From Candidatus Daviesbacteria bacterium (lineage in GTDB: Bacteria > Patescibacteriota > Microgenomatia > Daviesbacterales > UBA10151), in NCBI GenBank assembly GCA_016187025.1, contig JACPKM010000001.1, forward strand, positions 245,688 to 309,687: a stretch of DNA of 64,000 bases. The letters are read 5' to 3'. The notes below the pieces were generated by a model. The model searched no databases and had not been told where the DNA came from. It worked only from the letters and a program-made list of their open reading frames with translations. Shown piece after piece: positions 46,084 to 56,600 of this stretch. The stretch's first letter is position 1. Each line of letters opens with the position of its first letter. A program made the translations under genes and the position numbers.

Positions 46084-46722
46084 ATGAGAACAGTAGGACA
46101 GATTTTAAAAGACGAAAGAGAAAGGAAACTGCTTAAGCTGGAAGAAGTAGAAAAAGCAACCAAGATTAGAAAAGAATTACTTGAGGCATTAGAAAAAGAT
46201 GAGTACCATAGACTACCTCCGCCCACCTTTGTCCAGGGATTTATCAAAAACTACGGAAGATTTTTAAGCCTTGATACAGAAAAATTACTGGCAATTTATA
46301 GAAGGGAGTTTTCGGATCGGAAAAACCCGCCAAAAATAATGGAAGCTTGGACTAATCCTATTGACAAGAAAAGATTTAAAATTACCCCCTCTAAAGCTTT
46401 AGGTGCAGTAGTTTTTTCCCTGATAGTCACCTTTTTGATTTATCTTTGGATTGAATACCGGTTTTTGGTAGGTGCTCCTTTTTTGGAAGTGATATCTCCT
46501 TCTAACCAGTTTACTACCAGTAATGCTGTGGTTGTAGTAAAGGGTAAAACTGACCCAGAAGCAAAAGTTATGATAAACAATCAAGAGATTCAAGTTGATA
46601 TCTCGGGAAATTTTTCCCAAGAGGTCAAATTAAATGGCAGTGCCAATCAGCTAGTTATAACCTCAACTGGTAAGTCAGGGAAATCAAGCAGAGTTGAGAA
46701 AATGGTATTTCTAAAACCGTAG
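46084..46722 (+). CDS. rodZ: RodZ-like bitopic protein (N-terminal XRE-type HTH, TM, C-terminal domain)
   Basis: GQILKDERERKLLKLEEVEKATKIRKELLEALEKD HTH, TM ALGAVVFSLIVTFLIYLWI. Confidence 0.5.
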   Translation: MRTVGQILKDERERKLLKLEEVEKATKIRKELLEALEKDEYHRLPPPTFVQGFIKNYGRFLSLDTEKLLAIYRREFSDRKNPPKIMEAWTNPIDKKRFKITPSKALGAVVFSLIVTFLIYLWIEYRFLVGAPFLEVISPSNQFTTSNAVVVVKGKTDPEAKVMINNQEIQVDISGNFSQEVKLNGSANQLVITSTGKSGKSSRVEKMVFLKP

Positions 46723-46757
46723 GAAACCAGTTCAAATTTGTGTTATATTAAATCCTT

Positions 46758-47054
46758 ATGGATTTGTTACAAATTGCCCTGGTTTTTTTAATTGTCCTTT
46801 TATCTATTTTCCTGGCTATTACAGGGTTTCAGGTTTTTTTAATCTTAAGAGATTTAAAAAAAGCTTTAGATAAGCTAAATAGAATTATTGAAACAGGAGA
46901 AGAGATTGCTCAAGACATTGAAAGACCTGTACATGCAGCGTCAACTTTAGTTTCCACAATTTCAGAAGGGGCAAAGGCCTTGATAAAAGGTGAGAAAAAG
47001 GAGAGTAAAAGAGACTTACCAAAACCCCGCCGCTTCTATAAGCGAACTCTATAA
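46758..47054 (+). CDS. small membrane protein with C-terminal basic tail
   Basis: N-terminal TM LQIALVFLIVLLSIFLAITGF, helical remainder. Confidence 0.35.
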   Translation: MDLLQIALVFLIVLLSIFLAITGFQVFLILRDLKKALDKLNRIIETGEEIAQDIERPVHAASTLVSTISEGAKALIKGEKKESKRDLPKPRRFYKRTL

Positions 47055-47071
47055 AGATATATAATACCCCC

Positions 47072-48928
47072 ATGACCTCTAAAGAACTAAGAGCAAAATA
47101 TTTAAATTTTTTTAAAACTCGGAACCATAAAGTTATTGATCCAGCTCCACTTGTTTTAGAAAAAGATCCTACCACTCTTTTTACTTCATCCGGTATGCAG
47201 CCGCTTATTCCTTACTTGATGGGTAAAAAACACCCAAAAGGTAAAAGACTGGTGGATTCTCAACCTTCCTTTAGGGCAGAAGATATGGATGAGGTTGGGG
47301 ATAATCGTCATACTACTATGTTTGAGATGTTGGGTAACTGGTCTTTAGGGGACTATTTTAAAAAAGAGCAGCTTAAATGGTTTTGGATGTTTTTGACTGA
47401 GGAGCTAAGGTTTGACACTGCTAAATTATATGTTTCTGTTTTTGAGGGGAATGAGTTTGTGGAAAAAGATGAAGAGACTTTAAGCATATGGAAAAGTTTG
47501 GGGGTTGTAGAAGATCATATATATTTTTACGGAGTTGAAAAAAACTGGTGGTCCCGTTCAGGTACACCAGACCAGATGCCTGTTGGTGAGATTGGCGGGC
47601 CAGATTCTGAAGTGTTTTATGATTTTGGTACCCCACATAATTCACGGTTTGGTGATAAATGTCATCCTAATTGTGATTGCGGAAGGTTTTCTGAAATTGG
47701 AAATTCTGTTTTTATCCAGTATAAAAAAGTAGGTGACGGGCAATTTGAAAAATTACCTCAACAAAATGTTGATTTTGGAGGGGGCTTGGAAAGACTTGTT
47801 GGAGCTACTTTCAATACCCCAGATGTTTTTCAAACGGACTTGTTCATTCCTATTATTGAAAGACTGGAGGAGCAAACTGGCAAAAAATACCAAAAAGATG
47901 ATAACTTTACAAATATTTTTAGAATTGCTTCAGATCATATAAAAGCTGCAACATTTTTAATAAAGAGTGGGATTTTACCTTCAAATAAATTGCAAGGTTA
48001 TGTTTTAAGGAGGCTGTTAAGAAGAACTGCAGTCAAGCTTACCCAAGTTGGTTTTGACCCAGTATTAATACTGCCAAAACTTGTTGATCCAGCAATTGAT
48101 ATATATCAAGGCACTGATTATTTTAAAACAGGGGATTGGGACTCAATTCGCCAAGTTATTGAAGATGAGCTTAAAAAATTCCAGCAAACTCTAAAAAAGG
48201 GATTAAAAGAAGTAGAGAAATTGCAAGAGATTAATGGAAAAATAGCTTTTGATCTTTATCAAACTTATGGATTTCCTTGGGAATTAACAGAGGAGTTGTT
48301 TGACAAAAAAGGACAAAATATAGACAAAATCCAGTTTGAAGAGGAGTTTGAAAAACACCGTGAGCTATCAAGAACAGCATCAGCTGGTACTTTCAAAGGG
48401 GGTTTGGCAGGGCATTCTGAGGCAGAGATTAAATACCATACAGCTACTCATCTTCTACACCAGGCTTTAAGAGATATATTGGGTCCAAAGGTTTTTCAAA
48501 ATGGCTCTAATATCAACCAGGAAAGATTGAGATTTGATTTTTCATTTGATAGAAAAATGACTGATGAGGAAATAAAGCAAGTGGAGGATTTAATAAACCA
48601 AAAAATAAAAGAAGATCTTAGGGTTGATCATAAAACTGTCCCTATAGAAGATGCAAGAAAACTAGGTGCCATAGGGCTATTTGATGAAAAGTATGGCAAA
48701 GATGTCAGTATTTATGCTGTTGGTCCAAATTATCATCTAGATCCTGGGGCAAAAGATCAAAGAGATAGAGGAGGTTATTATTCACTTGAGTTTTGCGGTG
48801 GACCACATGTTGCTCATACTGGTGAGATAGGTGGGGTTAAAATTACTAAAGAAGAAGCAATTTCTCAAGGGATAAGAAGGATAAGGGCAGAATTGATTAG
48901 TGTAGAACAGACACGGATGTTGTGTTAA
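47072..48928 (+). CDS. alaS: alanine--tRNA ligase (catalytic, tRNA-recognition and editing domains; no C-Ala domain)
   Basis: N-terminal class II motifs (FFKTRNHKVIDPAPLV...DPTTLFTSSGMQP), editing-domain HTATHLLHQAL and CGGPHV. Confidence 0.85.
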   Translation: MTSKELRAKYLNFFKTRNHKVIDPAPLVLEKDPTTLFTSSGMQPLIPYLMGKKHPKGKRLVDSQPSFRAEDMDEVGDNRHTTMFEMLGNWSLGDYFKKEQLKWFWMFLTEELRFDTAKLYVSVFEGNEFVEKDEETLSIWKSLGVVEDHIYFYGVEKNWWSRSGTPDQMPVGEIGGPDSEVFYDFGTPHNSRFGDKCHPNCDCGRFSEIGNSVFIQYKKVGDGQFEKLPQQNVDFGGGLERLVGATFNTPDVFQTDLFIPIIERLEEQTGKKYQKDDNFTNIFRIASDHIKAATFLIKSGILPSNKLQGYVLRRLLRRTAVKLTQVGFDPVLILPKLVDPAIDIYQGTDYFKTGDWDSIRQVIEDELKKFQQTLKKGLKEVEKLQEINGKIAFDLYQTYGFPWELTEELFDKKGQNIDKIQFEEEFEKHRELSRTASAGTFKGGLAGHSEAEIKYHTATHLLHQALRDILGPKVFQNGSNINQERLRFDFSFDRKMTDEEIKQVEDLINQKIKEDLRVDHKTVPIEDARKLGAIGLFDEKYGKDVSIYAVGPNYHLDPGAKDQRDRGGYYSLEFCGGPHVAHTGEIGGVKITKEEAISQGIRRIRAELISVEQTRMLC

Positions 48929-48954
48929 GATTACTTTGACACCTAAAAACTTAG

Positions 48955-51222
48955 GTGAATTTTGATATGAGTTTACTAAGTAACCTCTCTGCCCGGTTAG
49001 GCTTAGGGAAAAAAGAGGAACATCCAGAATACTATTTTGCTATAAACATTGGACCCCAAAGTTTAACAGCAGCTTTATGGGCGATAGAACATAACCAACT
49101 TAAGGTAATTAACACCTCATCTTTCGAGTACTCATCAATGGAGGAAATAATTTCTGTTGTTGATAAACTTCTAGGAGAGTTACTAAGCAATGATTACCCA
49201 GAACCTCAAAAGGTTTTATTTGGAGTTCCAGACTCTTGGTTGCAAGATGAAGATTTACAGGAATCATATATGAAGTTTTTGAGAAGACTGGTAAAAGAGC
49301 TAGAGTTAACTCCAATGGCTTATGTAGCATCATCACATGCCCTTTCCCATTTCCTAGAAAAACAAACTGGTACTCCGACAACAGCAATCTTAGTAGGCTT
49401 GGATGAAAAATACGTTACAGTTACTGTAGTTAGAGCTGGAAAGCTTGATACTAGCAAAGTGTCACAAAGAGGCAACAATTTAGGAGAAGATATTGAAAAG
49501 CTGTTACTGAGCTTTACTGCAATAGAAGTTTTACCTTCAAAAATAATCCTTTATGGAAATGATCATCTAGGTTTAGATAAGCATAAAAATCAACTACTTG
49601 AGTATTCTTGGATGTCGAAATTGTCTTTCTTGCACGTTCCTAAAATCGAGTCTCTAGGTGAAAATGTTGAGATAGATTCAGTGGCGTTTGCTGGAGCAGT
49701 TGAACTCAATCCGGCAGTAGAGTTTAAAAAATTACATGCAAAAGAAGATAAAGATTTTAAACCAATGAGCGAAGAAGAAATAATTGAGCAAGTTGAAGAA
49801 GTAGAAGAAGAAAAAAAAGGTGAAGTTAGCAAGGAGTTAAAAGATATAGAAGAGGATAGCAAGTATGAAGCGGCAGAAAAAGAAGTAAATATCAATAAAG
49901 TTTCAGCAGAAGAATTAGGGTTTGTCACAGGCGATATAAGAGAGACTAATTTAGTTGTACCTGAGGCTGAAGATTTTGAAAAAGATATGATTACTACCCC
50001 TCCTGCCTATGATATTTCTACCAAAAAAGCTGCAGGTTTGGGAAAAAAGCTCAAATTTATACAGTTTTTAAGCATTAAAGACTATATAAAAGGAAGAGGA
50101 ATCTATCTTTCTATAGTTATTTCGGTTTTTCTTTTATTGCTGGGTGGGTACCTATTTTTATTAAAGTCTGATGTCAAAGTTTTTGTCGAACCACAAATAC
50201 TAGAAAAAGATGCTCAAATAGTTGCAGATCCGGCTATTAAAGAAGTAAATGAAGCAGACAATAAAATTCCAGGACAATCAGTCGATATTAGGATAAATGG
50301 TACTGGTAAAGGAGCTGCTACTGGAACTAAACAGGTTGGAGATCCTGCTAAGGGAACTGTTGTTGTTTACAACAAAACTTTTGAGCCTAAAAGTTTTAGC
50401 AAGGGAACTACCTTAACAGCAGCAAATGGGTTTAAATACACACTTGATGTCAATGTAAATATTGCTTCTCAATCTGCAAGCGATAGTGGAATTTCCTTTG
50501 GTAAAGCGAATGCCGAAGTAACAGCAGCAAATATTGGGGCAGATGGTAATCTGCCTTCTGGAAGCGATTTAAACTTTACTAATTTTTCTTCTTCACAGGT
50601 TGGGGTTAAAGCAGAAGGTAATTTTTCAGGGGGAACAAGTAAAGAGGTTACAGTTGTTTCGGATGCTGACCAAAAGAAATTACTGGCCCAGGTTGCATCA
50701 GACTTAAAAGGGCAAGCCAAAGCAAAGTTACAAGAAAAATATCCCGATAAGAAGATTTTAGAGGAAGCATTGCAAGAAGAGATAGTTAAAAAAACATTTA
50801 GTAAAAATATCAATGATCAAGCAAGTGAGCTGTCTTTGGATTTAACAGTCAACTTTAAAGGAACAGCTTTTGAAGATAAGGATTTAAAGCAGCTGGTGTC
50901 AAAGCTTGTTTCAGTTAATGTTCCAGAAGGCTTTGAGCTAAACTTAGCAGAAACCGAAACCTTAGCTGATGTATCAAAATTAGAAAAAGATGGAAGACTG
51001 GTATTTTTGGCAAGGTTTAAGGCAAAGCTTATTCCCAAGGTAGATATTTCAGAAATTAAAAAACTAATAAGAGGTAAGACTCCTTTGCAGGTGGAAGAGA
51101 TTCTAAAAAGAAATGAACATATCTTAGGAACAGAGATAAAGCTTATCCCCTCCTTGCCGTCAGTACTTCAGAGACTGCCAATATTTGATAAAAACATTAG
51201 GGTAGAGGTAGGCCTTAAATGA
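48955..51222 (+). CDS. large bitopic membrane protein: about 375-aa cytoplasmic N-terminal region (possibly actin-like FtsA/PilM-like fold), one TM, about 355-aa extracellular C-terminal region
   Basis: TM IYLSIVISVFLLLLGGYLFLL near residue 380; N-terminus YYFAINIGPQSLTAALWAIEHNQLKVINTS resembles the first strand-loop of actin-like ATPases (weak); acidic linker. Confidence 0.5.
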   Translation: MNFDMSLLSNLSARLGLGKKEEHPEYYFAINIGPQSLTAALWAIEHNQLKVINTSSFEYSSMEEIISVVDKLLGELLSNDYPEPQKVLFGVPDSWLQDEDLQESYMKFLRRLVKELELTPMAYVASSHALSHFLEKQTGTPTTAILVGLDEKYVTVTVVRAGKLDTSKVSQRGNNLGEDIEKLLLSFTAIEVLPSKIILYGNDHLGLDKHKNQLLEYSWMSKLSFLHVPKIESLGENVEIDSVAFAGAVELNPAVEFKKLHAKEDKDFKPMSEEEIIEQVEEVEEEKKGEVSKELKDIEEDSKYEAAEKEVNINKVSAEELGFVTGDIRETNLVVPEAEDFEKDMITTPPAYDISTKKAAGLGKKLKFIQFLSIKDYIKGRGIYLSIVISVFLLLLGGYLFLLKSDVKVFVEPQILEKDAQIVADPAIKEVNEADNKIPGQSVDIRINGTGKGAATGTKQVGDPAKGTVVVYNKTFEPKSFSKGTTLTAANGFKYTLDVNVNIASQSASDSGISFGKANAEVTAANIGADGNLPSGSDLNFTNFSSSQVGVKAEGNFSGGTSKEVTVVSDADQKKLLAQVASDLKGQAKAKLQEKYPDKKILEEALQEEIVKKTFSKNINDQASELSLDLTVNFKGTAFEDKDLKQLVSKLVSVNVPEGFELNLAETETLADVSKLEKDGRLVFLARFKAKLIPKVDISEIKKLIRGKTPLQVEEILKRNEHILGTEIKLIPSLPSVLQRLPIFDKNIRVEVGLK

Positions 51223-51869
51223 TTGCTTATGGCAAATCCCTTTCCTTAGTCCTTTTATTTCTGGGGGTTTTTGCAATAAGCCAGGTAGTATTTCCTTGGG
51301 TAAGTTTTAAGTTATGGGAGTTTAGAGGACAATATGAGGGCAATACTTATTTAACTAGTCCTCAGTTAACGAAAAACCAGGAAATACTTGGAGTCTCAAT
51401 TAAAAACAAAGCTAATTTTTCACAAATTGTATCATCTGCTACCAGAGTTAAACCGGCTTCTTATACACGCTTTAGCTTGATAATTCCCAGCATAAAATTA
51501 GATAATGAGACAGTTTATGTGGATACAAACGATCTTTCCCATGGTTTAGTGCATTTACCAGGATCTGCTCTTCCGGGTGAAAAAGGAAATGTATTTGTCT
51601 CTGGTCACTCTGCCCTACCTTCATATATTGGTCCTAAGGCAAAAGCGTTATTTGCAAACCTGCCGAAAGTTAAAAAAGGAGAAAAAATAATCATAGAAAC
51701 AGAAGGGGTAATATATAACTATCTGGTTGATTCTATAAAAGTTATTGACCCAAAGGACCTATCCGTTATTACCCCTCCTGACACTCAGGGTAGATTTATT
51801 ACTTTAATGACTTGCGTACCTCCTGGATTTAATACAAAACGCTTGATAGTTGTTGGTAAAATGATCTGA
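51219..51869 (+). CDS. sortase-family transpeptidase
   Basis: N-terminal TM, catalytic His region (VFVSGHSA) and TLMTCVP (TLxTC) cysteine motif; overlaps upstream gene by 4 nt. Confidence 0.6.
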   Translation: MIAYGKSLSLVLLFLGVFAISQVVFPWVSFKLWEFRGQYEGNTYLTSPQLTKNQEILGVSIKNKANFSQIVSSATRVKPASYTRFSLIIPSIKLDNETVYVDTNDLSHGLVHLPGSALPGEKGNVFVSGHSALPSYIGPKAKALFANLPKVKKGEKIIIETEGVIYNYLVDSIKVIDPKDLSVITPPDTQGRFITLMTCVPPGFNTKRLIVVGKMI

Positions 51870-52264
51870 TGCACTATTTAGGAGTTGATTTTGGTTTAAG
51901 AAAAATAGGTCTTGCAGTATCAGACGGAGAGATTGCATCCCCTTGGAAGATTATTGAAGCAAAAAGTTTAGATTCTGCTGTGGAACAGTTGTACTCCCTG
52001 ATTGTGCAAGAGGGGTTTGGTGAGGTAGTTGTTGGTATACCCGAAAGTGGAAAAATTGTTGGTGTTATAAAAAGGGTTATTAACAAATTAAAAAAAAGAG
52101 GGGTAAAAATAGAGCAAGTTGATGAGACCCTTTCTTCAAAATTAGGGCAGCGGAAAATGATAGAGTTAAATCTTTCCAAAAAAAAGAGAAGGTATAATGA
52201 TGCTTTTGCGGCAGCAGAGATATTGCAAAGTTTTTTAGATCAAAAAATAAAGGATGAAATGTAA
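51869..52264 (+). CDS. ruvX: Holliday-junction-resolvase-like RuvX/YqgF
   Basis: LGVDFGLRKIGLAVSD N-terminus with catalytic Asp; 131 aa. Confidence 0.8.
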   Translation: MHYLGVDFGLRKIGLAVSDGEIASPWKIIEAKSLDSAVEQLYSLIVQEGFGEVVVGIPESGKIVGVIKRVINKLKKRGVKIEQVDETLSSKLGQRKMIELNLSKKKRRYNDAFAAAEILQSFLDQKIKDEM

Positions 52265-52267
52265 TAA

Positions 52268-53224
52268 ATGAGAAAATTACTATCTATTTTTTTAATTGTA
52301 TCTTTTTTGGGAGTAGTTGTATGGGGTTGGTGGAATAATCAGTTATCTGCCCCGTCTTTTAGAAAAGAAACAAAAAAAATAGTTATTCCAAAAGGTACTG
52401 GGCTTAGTACTGTCTCTTCACAACTAAAAAAAGAGAATTTAATTAAATCTGAGCTAGCTTTTAAGCTTTTTGCCAGACAAAAAGGTTTGGCTGACAAACT
52501 GCAAACTGGAACATTTGAGCTTTCTTCTTCCATGAGTGCAGAAGAGGTTTTAAAAACCTTAACGTCTAATCCGAAAGAGGTTTGGGTAACTTTTCTGGAA
52601 GGATGGCGGGTAGAGGAGATGGCACAAAAACTTGGAGAGCAGTTAGGGATAAAAAAGGAGGATTTTTTAGAATATGCAAAAGAAGGTTATATGTTTCCTG
52701 ATACGTATTTGTTTCCAGATGAGGTAACAGCTGCCAGGGTTGCGGATATCATGAAGGATAATTTTAAGAATAAATATTCGGCTGAGCTGAGGAGTAAAAT
52801 TAAATCTCAAGGTTTAACAGAGCAAGAGGGTGTGGTTTTGGCATCAATTGTAGAAAGAGAGGCAAGGTCCGATATTGCAAGAACTGAAGTTGCCGGAATT
52901 TTGCTGAAAAGACTCAAGATTAATATGGGTCTTAATGCTGATGCTACTATCCAATATGCTCTTGGATACCAACCAAAAGAAAGGAGTTGGTGGAAGCGAA
53001 ACCTAACTTATGATGATTTAAAAATAGACTCTGTCTATAACACCTATATTCATGCTGGTTTACCCCCAACTCCAATTTGCAACCCTTCTCTTTCATCACT
53101 AAAAGCTGTTGCTAATGCAAACTCCTCTACGCCTTATCTTTATTACTTGCATGATTCCAAAGGAAACTCGTATTATGCAAAAACTTTGGAAGGTCATAAC
53201 CAAAACATAGCCAATCATCCATGA
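52268..53224 (+). CDS. mltG: endolytic murein transglycosylase MltG (YceG family)
   Basis: N-terminal TM, YceG domain with YLFPDTY motif. Confidence 0.8.
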   Translation: MRKLLSIFLIVSFLGVVVWGWWNNQLSAPSFRKETKKIVIPKGTGLSTVSSQLKKENLIKSELAFKLFARQKGLADKLQTGTFELSSSMSAEEVLKTLTSNPKEVWVTFLEGWRVEEMAQKLGEQLGIKKEDFLEYAKEGYMFPDTYLFPDEVTAARVADIMKDNFKNKYSAELRSKIKSQGLTEQEGVVLASIVEREARSDIARTEVAGILLKRLKINMGLNADATIQYALGYQPKERSWWKRNLTYDDLKIDSVYNTYIHAGLPPTPICNPSLSSLKAVANANSSTPYLYYLHDSKGNSYYAKTLEGHNQNIANHP

Positions 53225-53469
53225 AAAAAGTAAAACTTGGTGTATATCGTCATTATAAGGGTAATTACTATCTTGTTCTTGGGGTTGCCCAGCATAGCGA
53301 AGATTTAACACAAGAATTTGTGGTATATAAACCTTTATATAAAAGTTTGGTAGTGACAGATTTATGTATTAGACCTAAAGATATGTTTTTAGAAAAAGTA
53401 CAGCTAGGAAAAAAGCTTGTTCCCAGATTTAAATTTCAGAGCGTAAGCTCGCATACTGAAAGTCCTTGA
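53221..53469 (+). CDS. DUF1653 domain protein
   Basis: YRHYKGNYYLVLGVAQHSEDLTQEFVVYKPLY matches the DUF1653 signature. Confidence 0.55.
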   Translation: MKKVKLGVYRHYKGNYYLVLGVAQHSEDLTQEFVVYKPLYKSLVVTDLCIRPKDMFLEKVQLGKKLVPRFKFQSVSSHTESP

Positions 53470-53657
53470 CACAGTAAGTAACCTATGGTAAAGTAACCTC
53501 AACTGAATACGAAATAGGAGGGCGTACGTGTACGTATGCTTATCTTCGTTGATGCAAACGAAGACAGCTTGCCTGATTTTCGTTGACCCAGCTAAAATTA
53601 AATTCGTAATAGGCTTAAGCGAAGCACTAATCTGTCCCAAAATTAGGCCATCTACTG

Positions 53658-56600
53658 ATGTCAATAGCAGCGGATAATATAGCAATCGCACCAAGAAAAT
53701 ATTGGACCAAAACTACGGCACCTACGCCGGATATTAATCTAATAAAACTACAGCTTGATTCTTATTCATGGTTTTTACATCAAGGAATTATTGAAGTCCT
53801 TAACGAGATTACCCCTGTTGAGGACTTTACAGGAAAAAATTGGACCCTAGAGTTAGGGTCCATTTCTTTTGGAAAGCCTAACTACACTCCTGAACAAGCT
53901 TTAAACAAAGGTGTTACATTTGATGCTCCATTAAAAGTTGAGACAATTTTAACTAATAAGCAAACTGGCAAAAAATACCAACAAGAGGTATTTATGGGTG
54001 ACATTCCTCAAATGACAGAAAAGGGAACATTTATCATAAATGGAGTAGAAAGAGTGATTATCAATCAGCTGGTTAGATCTCCTGGAGTATTTTTCTCGGC
54101 AACAGACGATCCTATTACTGGAAGGAGATTGCATTCTGCAGAGATTAGGCCTTATCGGGGTTCCTGGTTGGAGTTTTCTGTTTCCCGAACAAGTGTTTTA
54201 ACAGCCAAGATCGATAGAAGGAGAAAATTTGCTGCTACAACGCTACTAAGAGCACTGGGTTTTTCATCAGACGAGGAGATAATAGCAGTTTTCAAAGATG
54301 TAGATACTGCTGAAACTAAGTTAATAGAAACAACACTGGCAAAGGATCCTACCAAAACTACAGATGAAGCCTTGGTTGAAATTTTCAGAAAGATGCGTCC
54401 AGGAGATCCAGTAGTTTTAGACAATGCCAAAACTATGCTAGACGGAATGTTTTTCAATGAAAGACGCTATAATCTTACCCGAGTCGGTAGATATAAAATC
54501 AACAAAAGATTAGAGCTTGATATCCCCAATACCCCAGAAAGCCTTATTTTGACAAAAGAAGATATTATTACCACCTTAAAATATCTAATTAAGTTGACAA
54601 ACGGCGAAGGAAAAGTTGATGATATTGATCATCTAGCAAACAGGCGTGTCAGATGTGCTGGAGAACTGGTTCAGCAAAACGCCTTTAGAATTGGTGTTTT
54701 ACGCTTAGAAAGAATCATCAAAGAGAGAATGAGTTTGGCTGCAGTAGATCAAGAGGTGACCCCAGGCGGGTTAATTAATGCCAAACCTGTTATTGCAGCA
54801 GTTAACGAATTTTTCAGATCCTCTCAGTTATCAAGCATTCTAGATCAGGTTAATCCGCTATCAGAAGTGGATCATTTAAGAAGGTTATCAGTCATGGGAG
54901 CAGGGGGAATAACAAGAGATAGAGCCAGCTTTTCGGTTCGTGATATTAACCACTCTCAATATGGAAGAATTGATCCTATTAGATCTCCGGAAGGACAAAA
55001 CATCGGACTTGTGACATATTTGGCACTTTATGCCCGTATTAATGAATACGGCTTCTTGGAAACTCCTTATAGGAAAGTAGTTTTAGAAAAAGGTAAGTCC
55101 CGTGTTACAAACGATATTATTTATTTGTCTGCTGATGATGAGGAAAGATTTCATATTACTGAGGCAGCAGTTGAAGTTGATGAAAAAGGGGTTATTGTTT
55201 CTGATCGCGTGCCGATGAGGTACATGGGTAACTTTTTTGAAGGAGATGCAAAAGATATTGAGTTAATAGATATTTCTCCTCAGCAGATTTTTGGTATTTC
55301 TGCCTCAATTATTCCATTTCTTGCAAACGATGATGCAAATCGCGCTTTGATGGGTACTCAAATGCAGTGTCAAGCGGTACCACTTTTAATCCCCCAAGCT
55401 CCAATTGTTGGAACTGGGATGGAAAGAGTGGTTGCTGATAATATGGGTAGAGTGGTAAGAGCTCCAGAGGATGGAATTGTAAGTAGCGTTGACGGGAAAA
55501 AATTAACCCTTAAGACCAAAAAAGATGAATATAAATATGAGATTAAAAAGTTTGTTCACTCTCCCCAAGGAACCTGTTACTCACAAAGACCAGTGGTGGC
55601 AGTGGGGCAAAAAATCAAAAAAGGAGATTTGCTAATTGATGGTGCTGCTACCCAAAACGGAGAATTGGCTTTAGGACAAAATTTAACTATCGCTTACATG
55701 AGTTATGAAGGGTTAGGTTATGAGGATGCTATCGTTATTTCTGATAGATTACTCAGAGAAGACCTTCTTACCTCAATACATATTGAGGAGTATGAGGTAG
55801 ATGTAGTAGAAACAAAACTAGGTCCGGAAGAGCTGACCCGGGATATTCCAAATGTTTCTGAAGAATCTTTGGCCAATCTTGATGATCAGGGTATTATCAG
55901 AATTGGTGCAGAGGTTGGTCCAAATGACATTTTAGTTGGTAAAGTTCAACCTAAAGGTGAAACAGAACTAACAGCAGAGGAAAGACTACTAAGAGCTATA
56001 TTTGGAGAAAAAGCAAAAGAAGTAAGAGATACATCATTGCGGGTGCCTCATGGAGAGAGGGGTACAGTAATTGGAATCCAAGTACTTTCTCGCGATGAAG
56101 GTGACGAGTTGGATACTGGAACTTTAATGAGAATTAAAGTCAAGGTAGCTCAGCTTCGAAAAGTGACTGAAGGTGACAAACTGGCTGGAAGGCATGGAAA
56201 CAAGGGTGTTATCTCAAGAATAGTTCCTATTGCTGATATGCCTCATATGGAAGATGGAACACCAGTTGATATTATCATTTCTCCTTTGTCTGTGTTATCG
56301 CGTATGAATCTAGGGCAGTTACTGGAAACTCATTGGGGATTTGTTGGATTCAAACAAGGCTATAAAATTGCTGCTCCAGTTTTCCAAAAGATATCAGAAG
56401 AGGCTTTAATGGATGAGCTTAAAAAAGCAGGGCTTCCTACAGATGGAAAGATTCAATTAATTGATGGTAGAACTGGAGAAAAATTTGATAACACCGTGGT
56501 GGTTGGCAAAAACTATATCTTAAAACTTATCCATATGGTCGAGGAAAAGATTCATGCCCGATCAACTGGACCTTACTCACTGGTAACCCAACAGCCATTG

